64,000 bases of DNA, from IMG/VR virus record IMGVR_UViG_3300025723_000028. One strand, given 5' to 3'. Of the stretch, positions 58,301 through 64,000 are shown one piece after another; the first letter of the stretch is position 1; each line of letters starts with the position of its first letter. The translations under genes and the position numbers were made by a program. This DNA comes from an uncultured virus (IMG/VR IMGVR_UViG_3300025723_000028) (lineage: Duplodnaviria > Heunggongvirae > Uroviricota > Caudoviricetes). The notes beneath the pieces were generated by a model. The model saw only the letters and a list, made by a program, of their open reading frames with translations. It ran no database searches and was not told the origin of the DNA.

Positions 58301-61300
58301 ATCAATCCAAATGCAAATAAATCGTTATCACTGGTTAAATTAGCTTGGTATACATCGTATGAGCTTACTAATTGATCTGCTTTATTAGCCAAGTTAGGCA
58401 ATAATCCAGTGTCAATTGCTTGATAATCACTTTTTATCCACTCACTATAATTAAAGGTTTCTTGTGGCTCACTAATAACCAATGCTTGCCAGTAGGTATT
58501 TTTGTATAATACCATATCTCCCTTGGTATATTTTTGATAAGATTGCCATTGCTTTACATTGTTTAAGTTAAGAATAAATCCTTGTGCATTTAATTGCCCA
58601 TCCCATTCAGTTGTCGTAGATGCGATTAAACTTAAACGAACTTGTCTTGCGGCTGTAATTGGATCATATATCAAATCTCTAAATTGTGTAGTATTATCTA
58701 GCACAATCATATCTTCGTAATTTGTGAATTTCAATGTAAGATAATTGATAGTTTGTCCGTTTGTAGATGTAATCGAAAATTGATTACCATCACGATTAAC
58801 TATCATTGAGCTAACATCCAACACAGTACGATTTTGATCCAGTAACATATTTTCCGGAGTTATGCTGGCAATAGTATCTACAATACTGATAGGTTGACTT
58901 GCTTTAATTGTAGTGGCAGCTGGATTTAGATTAATCATTGTACCTGCTTGCCACCCTTGTTCTCCAAAGTATAAAAACTCTTGAGACATCTGTAACCAAT
59001 TTAATGTGTACCCATTGTATGTATTATCAAATATTAATCCTTGAGATGTTAGCCATGCTCCATAACTCATTAAGAAATCGCAGACACTAGATGGACTGGT
59101 AAAAACATATCCATACGGAATTTGTTTTATATTATTTGTATATTGTGATGGAACTTGAACTGTGGTATTACCAGCGGTAATAGTCTGGTATAACCCTACT
59201 GGACTACTTTCTAATATTTCAAAATAAGGTTGTACATTGCTATAACCATAAACACTATATCCTATTCCACCTGAGCCTAAACGTTCTACTTGTACAATAA
59301 CAGAACTATATGTAATTTGATCAAATGGTTGATTTTTATAAAAAATCAAACTATAACTGCTTGGGGGAATTTGTAAACTATTATTCGTAGAACTTGGTCC
59401 GGCTCTTTCAGTAGATATTTGAACATACGCAGAATCACTGAATGAAGCCATACGGTAGCATAGACGCACATCTAAGTTTGCTAATTCGTTAGTCAATGCC
59501 GTAGTACTATTAACTCCTGTTTGTTGATTATAGTCAACAATCCAATTGATATAACTTGCTTTGCTTACACCATTACCATATACTTGTACACCTGAAGCAT
59601 TTAAACGGTAGCGACTATTTAACAAGTATTGACCTAGTGCATTATTGTATCGATATAAATCTCTATCAGCAAATAATGAGAAAAATTGTGCTGGTTTTGT
59701 CAGTGCTAATAATCGCATAATAGCAAATGGATACGAACTACTATTCCACCAAGATGCCTGAACTGGACCACCGTCACCAGATACCCATGATTGTTGGAAC
59801 CCATACGGATCATTACGACCCATTACGCATTCAGACGGAGGCAGAAGATAACCTTCTGAACTAGCAGGAATAATTTTTGATAAACCAGGTCTTATATATT
59901 CAGGAAGAACATATGGACCAACAGGATCTGCAACAATACCAGCTTCTAAATCATCCCAAAGTACTGTATTTCCTGATGTATATGGACCTGGACCATAACG
60001 TGTCGCCCACCATGCAGGTTCTTCAGAAAATCCAACCATTTCCCAAGGTGTAGTATTTGGGGTTTCAGTATCATAAAAATAACGATATATGCCTCTCCAG
60101 TTACCCTGTAAGAATTGTGTTTGGTCGATACGATTAGCGGCTTGGCTATAGTTATAAGTAAACGGATTGTCTGTAATATAATTTTGTTGAGTATAATCTA
60201 CACGATTTTGCCCAACCCATGTTAAGAAATCCTCGCTCATTATTTGATTCACTTCCGAATATGTGTAAGGCGTTTTTCGAAAGAATCCAGGTAATAAAGC
60301 AGTAGTTTGCGCTGGGTAAAAAGTAGGATCTACTTGATCTGATGTCAATGGAATTGGATTATCATCGACTTTAATGTTATCATAAATTCGCTTTTCAAAT
60401 TCAAGTAATACTTGATCTCGAATATCACCAAAAGCAATAGTAGTTGATCCGTCGTGTCCTTGAATTACTACAGTAGGCTCTGAGTACGTATCGTCAATAT
60501 AAATTGACGGAGTAAATTTAGGATATAACCCCATTTTACTAGGTGTATTTGGACACCAGCTGGCCACAGTAGTTGGATATTCGTTAATAGTAACCACATC
60601 GCCAACATGTAGTGGTACTAAAATTGTTAATTTCTGTGCATCAACTGACACAGTATATTGACTATTGCGCAATAATAATATATCATTGACATATACCAAT
60701 AACCCAAGATAATTACTTGACGTAAAGTTATACATTTGACTTGTGTTAAAAGTCGCTGATGTAATTGGATTAACTACCGTTGTCGTCGATGTATAATTTG
60801 TGCCAATCGGAAGCATATCTGACCAATAAAACGAATTTGACTTTGTCAAACTTTTTGTTATATTACTGATTCCCAGATCAAGTACTTGCGATACCGTTTC
60901 ATTTCCAGTAAGATTTAATTGTGTTACTGCGGTTAGCAATTTATTTTTATACTTGATGTATTCTCTGCTGTTATAATCTAAAGCAGCAAATAAATCGTAA
61001 TTAATGTTACGTAGGAAAAATCCAGCTAATGTTAATGGCGAAGATTGTTGTAATATTAACTGACCATAAGGAATAATATTTCCCAAATCTCGTGTATTAT
61101 TACGTCCATTTATTGGCCCAGCTAGATTAACTAAATTTTCACAAATAGTAGTATAATGTTGTCGAACTGTACCAAGACTAAATTTTGCACTATTACCATT
61201 AAACGGATTATTTTCTAAATTAATAGGAATTTGATAAAATGCAGTAGCACTCACTTGCTGACTATATGCCAATATTTCAACTATGTCACCAATAACCATA

Positions 61301-63999
61301 GTAGGACTATTAAGCGCAACCACTGAAGTGTTAGACTGTGAATTAATTGATAACGTATACATCGTTGGAAGCTGATACACATTATTAACAAAAACCTGTA
61401 CTGGAGGAACATCCAGAGCTGTTTCGACTAATACATCTAATTGTAAAGGTGTGCCACTATACGTGAATTGAAATTGTTGTCTAGGCAATGATGGTATAGC
61501 AGCAGTTTGCCATCCGATTTCAGGAGTAAATGCAATCCTATCTGAATACTGATATACAAATCCGGTGCTGACGTTAACAGTAATTCCTGTTGTACCTGCT
61601 GGAGTGTAAATAAAGGAGTCAGTATATAAATTATTGTCGAATAAAATATCACCAATATTGTCTACACTAAAAAAATCCAATGGTATACCTAGCACTGAAT
61701 CAACTGGATTATCAGGATTTTCTGCATAGCTTAATAATTTACAACCTGTAAAATTAGTACTTGGATACTGGGAAGCATCTCCAAAGCTATAACCATTACT
61801 ATCAAAAACATCAAATAATGGAGCTTGGTTAACCGCTATTTTTTGTTGTGAATCTATCCAAGATGTGCCGTTATAATAAAAACTTTGTCCTTGTATTCCG
61901 ATTGTGCCGCCTGAGATATAAGCAGCAGTAGTAGTACTGGAAAATGTTACCGATGTTGTTGTACATTTGGTTACAATAAAACTGCCATTATACGATGCAG
62001 GGGACACTCCTGTTACTGTAATTGCTTGTCCTATTGTATAAGGTATCGAAGATCTTGGCGTAAAATATAAAGTTACCGCAGTTCCAGTACTACCAATTGA
62101 ATGTATTGGTAAAGTGAGTCCATTAAGACACACAGTAGTTTGATTGACCAATGCTGGGCTATAATTAGTAGGAACCAAATCAATAACAGGAGTAGTTGAT
62201 ATTGAAGGATCCGGTACGATAAAATTAACAAGATAAATTTGAGTGCGTACCACTGGGTCATTATCGGCAGCAAAAATTACTAAGCTACCCTGTTCTAACG
62301 TATATCCGTTAATTCCATACCCTATTTTTCCATTTACATTTAATAATGCATCAGTTTGTGTAAAATCAATAACATTAACTGCTGGGAGGCCTTGTGTACC
62401 AAAATTATATAATTTTAGTCCAGAACGGAATTCTAAGATAGGACGATTAGCACGTTGAGCATTAGTATAAGTAGGACTTATGTCATTGAATGCCGCGGCA
62501 TATTCGATAACATCGATATGGAACCATCGATTACTACGTGTCCATGGATTAAGATCAGGACTGGCCATATTGATAGTAATGTAGTCAGGTACAATAGGCT
62601 GCCCGTTGACATCTGTTGAATATGGTTCTACTACTATTAATTCTGAGGCAGGGACCAATTTAATGCTAGTTCCGACTCCCTGCACATAGTAAGTATTATT
62701 TACATAATTAGTAGGGTAAACATTTCCTTCGAATACAATTTTCAATCCATTTGTAAATATTACGCCGTTTGGACTTGTGTAATTTTTATTTCCTAAAATA
62801 TCCGTATTAACATTAATATAAGAATTAATGCTTATTGAATTTATCACGCCTCCACTGACATACGCTCCTGAATATGTACCATTATATGTTACTGACGATG
62901 TGGTACAAGATAAAACCGTATAATTACCGTTATAGTTCGATGGATTAACTCCAGATACAATAATGGTATCACCGATTGAATATAGTACCGATGTCTGGTC
63001 ATCAAAATGTAAAGTTACTGCGGTACCTGATGCGCTAATGCCATTAACTGCCAACGGAGGGACTGGGGAATTGGTATTTTCGTTAATTAAATTGATTGTA
63101 CCAAAAATAGTTGGATCTTCACTATCTTGATAATACAATTGGGATGCTGATGCTGTGAGTAATGGCATCTGTGTAAAATACCCAGCTGAACTTTTATACC
63201 ACTGAGTATTAACGTATTCTGTACCAGATGTAATAATAAATTGTGTTGAGTTAGGAATCGTTAATATATTATTAAGTTGTATATACAATGCACCAACGTT
63301 GTCTGGAATATACTGTATTTGCCATAAATTTATTTGTGTAGATAAATCTGTTGGATTTGATGTAAATACTAATGTTTTGCCGTTAAGATCAGTGACTCCG
63401 TCGATTCCATTTGTATAAGTTGTTAAAAATTGATCAACATATACTCCATTAATTTGGTTAAATTGTAAAGACGAACAAATTAAATCTACTTCTCCTGTGG
63501 AAGATGTTGGATATCCGATATATGGTAATGAATAATAAAAATCTTGCGCATTAGAATTAGGCACGCTAAATGATACCGTACCGAGATCTGTTCCGTTATT
63601 AGATACACCCAAGATATCTCGACTGCTAATGTTTTTTGACCAAGGTAATTTACCATCTGCCCCAGGCGCAAGTTGAATCCAGAAATCAGGGCCAGTGCCA
63701 GGAGTAGCACTAACAATATCAAATTGTCCACGTAAATTAAATTCTATATCATTACAATAGTAAAGTGTGTCTGGAGCATCTTGTGGAACAGTAAAAGTAA
63801 CTAAACCCTGTGTTCCCCCATTATTAACTACCCCTTCGGACCATAAATTAGTAGTACCAAAGCTTTCTTGAGTCTTAATATAAAATGCATGACTTCCCGT
63901 TTGTACTAAATTAAATTCATAAGTGTTACCGCGAATAAGCGTTAGTGTTGGGTTATTTTGAGAATCGATAATCCAGCTACTGGTTCCATTGTTATTAAC
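49333..63999 (-). CDS. giant virion structural protein (baseplate/tail), >4,800 aa, 5' end outside the window
   Basis: Frame stays open upstream of the 63612 TTG; FG-GAP-like GAP repeats and EVKPYHVQVR motif. Confidence 0.8.
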   Translation of the reverse strand, partial: VNNNGTSSWIIDSQNNPTLTLIRGNTYEFNLVQTGSHAFYIKTQESFGTTNLWSEGVVNNGGTQGLVTFTVPQDAPDTLYYCNDIEFNLRGQFDIVSATPGTGPDFWIQLAPGADGKLPWSKNISSRDILGVSNNGTDLGTVSFSVPNSNAQDFYYSLPYIGYPTSSTGEVDLICSSLQFNQINGVYVDQFLTTYTNGIDGVTDLNGKTLVFTSNPTDLSTQINLWQIQYIPDNVGALYIQLNNILTIPNSTQFIITSGTEYVNTQWYKSSAGYFTQMPLLTASASQLYYQDSEDPTIFGTINLINENTNSPVPPLAVNGISASGTAVTLHFDDQTSVLYSIGDTIIVSGVNPSNYNGNYTVLSCTTSSVTYNGTYSGAYVSGGVINSISINSYINVNTDILGNKNYTSPNGVIFTNGLKIVFEGNVYPTNYVNNTYYVQGVGTSIKLVPASELIVVEPYSTDVNGQPIVPDYITINMASPDLNPWTRSNRWFHIDVIEYAAAFNDISPTYTNAQRANRPILEFRSGLKLYNFGTQGLPAVNVIDFTQTDALLNVNGKIGYGINGYTLEQGSLVIFAADNDPVVRTQIYLVNFIVPDPSISTTPVIDLVPTNYSPALVNQTTVCLNGLTLPIHSIGSTGTAVTLYFTPRSSIPYTIGQAITVTGVSPASYNGSFIVTKCTTTSVTFSSTTTAAYISGGTIGIQGQSFYYNGTSWIDSQQKIAVNQAPLFDVFDSNGYSFGDASQYPSTNFTGCKLLSYAENPDNPVDSVLGIPLDFFSVDNIGDILFDNNLYTDSFIYTPAGTTGITVNVSTGFVYQYSDRIAFTPEIGWQTAAIPSLPRQQFQFTYSGTPLQLDVLVETALDVPPVQVFVNNVYQLPTMYTLSINSQSNTSVVALNSPTMVIGDIVEILAYSQQVSATAFYQIPINLENNPFNGNSAKFSLGTVRQHYTTICENLVNLAGPINGRNNTRDLGNIIPYGQLILQQSSPLTLAGFFLRNINYDLFAALDYNSREYIKYKNKLLTAVTQLNLTGNETVSQVLDLGISNITKSLTKSNSFYWSDMLPIGTNYTSTTTVVNPITSATFNTSQMYNFTSSNYLGLLVYVNDILLLRNSQYTVSVDAQKLTILVPLHVGDVVTINEYPTTVASWCPNTPSKMGLYPKFTPSIYIDDTYSEPTVVIQGHDGSTTIAFGDIRDQVLLEFEKRIYDNIKVDDNPIPLTSDQVDPTFYPAQTTALLPGFFRKTPYTYSEVNQIMSEDFLTWVGQNRVDYTQQNYITDNPFTYNYSQAANRIDQTQFLQGNWRGIYRYFYDTETPNTTPWEMVGFSEEPAWWATRYGPGPYTSGNTVLWDDLEAGIVADPVGPYVLPEYIRPGLSKIIPASSEGYLLPPSECVMGRNDPYGFQQSWVSGDGGPVQASWWNSSSYPFAIMRLLALTKPAQFFSLFADRDLYRYNNALGQYLLNSRYRLNASGVQVYGNGVSKASYINWIVDYNQQTGVNSTTALTNELANLDVRLCYRMASFSDSAYVQISTERAGPSSTNNSLQIPPSSYSLIFYKNQPFDQITYSSVIVQVERLGSGGIGYSVYGYSNVQPYFEILESSPVGLYQTITAGNTTVQVPSQYTNNIKQIPYGYVFTSPSSVCDFLMSYGAWLTSQGLIFDNTYNGYTLNWLQMSQEFLYFGEQGWQAGTMINLNPAATTIKASQPISIVDTIASITPENMLLDQNRTVLDVSSMIVNRDGNQFSITSTNGQTINYLTLKFTNYEDMIVLDNTTQFRDLIYDPITAARQVRLSLIASTTTEWDGQLNAQGFILNLNNVKQWQSYQKYTKGDMVLYKNTYWQALVISEPQETFNYSEWIKSDYQAIDTGLLPNLANKADQLVSSYDVYQANLTSDNDLFAFGLIGFRPRPYMTDMNLNGVTQVQLYQQFIGTKGTLQAAEIFNLAKLNGKESGDYNIYENWGILSGVYGANANKSYFEIQLNEALLSYNPSTIQITNPGDVSQANQQVYLSNLWKESYSINNINILPTIYESGSLPDALPSAGYVCLDDVDVTVFSIEDPAAIEADINNIGIGTYIWIAKTNTHDWGVYRVASVPGQMIRLTDNLNGTSVVQFNAAHGLSLYDLIIIKYFNNGVNGVYRVLAAPTPTTVIIAFSFVNTNVTNITGTGLVFHLQSARVSQASDISNLPYVNNLVPGSIAWIDNNGSGHWETVQKQTPFITDSVISTGFTPSDRYGVSITQSASNFGAMVGAPGANSILTYIRGNFTDYQFNSTLILETIDSSNFGNMVSFGSSNWAIAGANTSASNMGYAVVIYRNSDVNSFTITQLLVPPTQNFNPIKFGTSGVISADEKWMYIGAPAANSVYAYEKIDVVNQTITYTTNYSVTSYEYSNAIQINYLHPEQLSVALSGIELVYGKDYTVDQNFVTLVHPTVSGQTLTLTRNLSKQLDATTYYNLRQSSTSGAGYNSIFTIQNVRGEYVINLITGGQSYAINDTLVISGSRLGGTTTANDLTITVTGIAVGGAISGYTYTGIGINQTNTFALNTYLYNATTIETFAVTVNKVIQRPYFDYTFNNETTELTFITIPPVGADIIVTTPTYWQYVTTITSTDSISGDNFGSSVATTTDGAQIYVGAPNTTRDNLNNSGVVYMFDRSVIRYIVSNPSQLTYTIPGNVTNPVTVSVNETFLLTTSQSIEGQYSISGNNIIFSNITFNYGDIIEIGTNQITQIQELSSSTPVKSAEYGLVLDSCPLNCSLYIGAPYDSTYIDLAGSVDHQVNQSRVYGVTTSTIANPVLTPSGTLRINNSIVTVPAQPNNTVAGFAKAINEMAIPNVIASTTPDLTFTGDSTTKVFYIGSLYTVASSYTTVVYLNNVLQIAGIDYSYDPSAETINFVFAPLPGVKIIVVSGRLTLSIKNSKAGTPNNLITVLPGTVTSVFGQLGFDTLVFTQQILSPSPAFNAQFGASLSIDSSAVNLIVGAPNGNVYEPTTFDANQTYFDENSTTFYNPINNGGVAYTYDFFPSSTNNIKNPGQFAFGQQIYNNVIESGNFFGTAVNYTNGRLMVGAPGGTNTSTNGNGYIVIFNNPNNTPAWAPIRVQQPVVDVHAIDGVFSYNGGQAIGVNDTLNGAYQTYFDFFDPLQGKILGIARSNIDYIGSVDPAQYNQGTVHNNGQFWGAEHIGEMWWDTDTVRFIDPSQDDIVYASRRWGTTFPGSSIDVYQWISSTTPPSNYTGSGTPLSPTSYCVATSLGSNNIFTTIYYFWVKGITTIASGSGKTLSAAGVASYIFDPRSSGLPFIAGLNASTIAIYNAQRLLNATNTILNVSFSRKLTDSVVHQEYQIVTDGIAKSFLNTQLYRKFIDSLCGIDTAGNAVPDPTLSPGMRFGVQFRPRQSMFADRFTALENYLGRANSVLLQYPISETRSFNLLNAADPIPSAGSGAWNFEVPNLEVLGYQDLYVVPVGYKYLVLNDSTENGRWTIYTVSATRTLLLTQVQSYDTPLYWYYVNWYLPGYNSTIAPVAAVQNYGQLATLSYTTAPVGSSVRVISNGSGKWEIYLRTGVNPVSDWQRVGLEDGTIAFKEELWNYAVADFGFDAQTYDSQYFDETAQIETRYIIRALNEEIYIEDLLIERNSSLILMFNFVYSEFTDPSWLIKTSYVDVNHKIRSLLPYQTYLSDNQDFVVNYFQEVKPYHVQVRQFNLTYSGEDNFLGDLTDFDLPAYWNSLLKSPQFVSPILTPYNQAITPHNSLVSNTAPNAQIWQYPSLYSQWFNNYLLNVQGVNITNAGTGYRNAPIITFGTMWYPNTAYSIGQQVYYANNLYTITVPGTSGSTPPTFMSGSAIDGSATLMYAGYPATGTSIINTTGNIISITITNPGSGYITDAFINITGGGLPGVTIEWSAGLAVVSNSYIIAPNGNIFEVAEAGILGNVAPIGHNDQINGTASLLFVGQPAQASVIMGNPSGHTLSRTFNLTLKYDRYEYESTIVDWESNITYETGTQVRYDNIVWSSNNTESNSVFDPSQWTMVSASELSGVNRTMGYYVSTVNSPGLSLPLLIDGVDYPGVQVSGLNFSQDTGYARDNFDINPFDNISYDANGLPTYDIGVLDTIFASSYLDPYLGTRPTDINIDGGKYVDVYESHAPEELVPGIEFDTLDMRVYTTPGADWQGLGHSFPQAVIQFIYESSNATISFAGALPYPFIVEVTDVTQGYDLTLGVDYTIDWTVQTVTILNTSILVAQGDQIAIYVYELGGGNQVYKNTYNGSQVGNSLIVPVAYYQNDGITPAIQEFVIFVNGVYLANSNYSYAPYSLSSTQVTFTNVYNSTDFISLVVIQPTTIQNVTTNYSWSLPVTQSFSVATPGQTVFDLDPAFSLEYTNPVVAIVTVGGVVAQGSAGASYIVQNGNTGFPLPSRIGINSAAITKSMVSVYVDGILLDPALYDISIYTGFSGNMKADYYSTVPFDPNIDTVFVILTNTPADNAQIYIAVNATAQYIIDPIAHTLTFITGKGLVPQVGQIISITSFNDTREQRLSTQIFVGPDSEGISVYEAFDTTDFDNPPGAASSLPGEFDATVGETIYINNFVLYQSYTDISRPWVSKNGKVLSPNIDYTINGNVLSLNSGTIQTTDVVVVTNVTCSVVPEAMEFRIFQDMRGVQATYRMTIDSTTLLTQNLAQTDDIIHVANASALTIPNFSTNTWGIITINGERIMYREIDMVANTVSSLLRGTAGTAAASHTIGSTVYDMGRSNLLPAASQNYIVSDRMIGNGVTTVFEAVDISLAFTDAITWVAANSYTEGTVVVDNGFYYRAIITVPNNTAITNTTYWQSLNRQVEVYLGGILQTTGYTITNETPVSVTFITAPAVGEEVTILVRRGVTWYAQGTSPQTASNGTPLQDTTTSSALFLRGVN

Positions 64000-64000
64000 T

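Noticed and set aside
63486..63731. TTG 63612 as start of the giant protein, and the overlapping 81-aa ORF
   Set aside because: The main frame stays open toward the window edge; the small ORF is an alternate-frame shadow
1..64000. Genome-wide TAG reassignment
   Set aside because: Long genes are intact in code 11 and TAG terminates some ORFs; only one internal TAG was found

Overview
AT-rich segment of a large (jumbo-type) tailed bacteriophage genome. Bases 1-29 kb hold a long, interrupted tRNA locus (about 30 tRNA or tRNA-like genes), translation and RNA-repair genes (RtcB, Pth2-like, RNAP omega-like), several intact or relic homing endonucleases, and a small acyl-carrier/desaturase/PP-loop/ATP-grasp enzyme cluster. 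Bases 29-46 kb hold a MoxR-type AAA plus VWA pair, small paralogous ORFs, ThyX and a glycosylation/radical-SAM module. Bases 46-64 kb are minus-strand virion genes, including a >4,800-aa protein that runs off the window. The most unusual signals are all in the tRNA locus. (1) A promoter-driven ~1.7-kb non-coding array of cassettes, each closed by the same ~17-20-bp RNA stem (CCATATTGAAGTACATT...AGTGTATTTCAATATGG) and rich in orphan T-loops. (2) A candidate attenuator ahead of the tRNA operon, whose 52-codon leader peptide uses all 20 amino acids. (3) A CUA (amber) tRNA directly followed by a 2OG-Fe(II) oxygenase gene with TAG at codon 4. (4) Endonuclease cassettes that split a resident tRNA and carry a replacement tRNA. 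All calls are by eye, without database searches.
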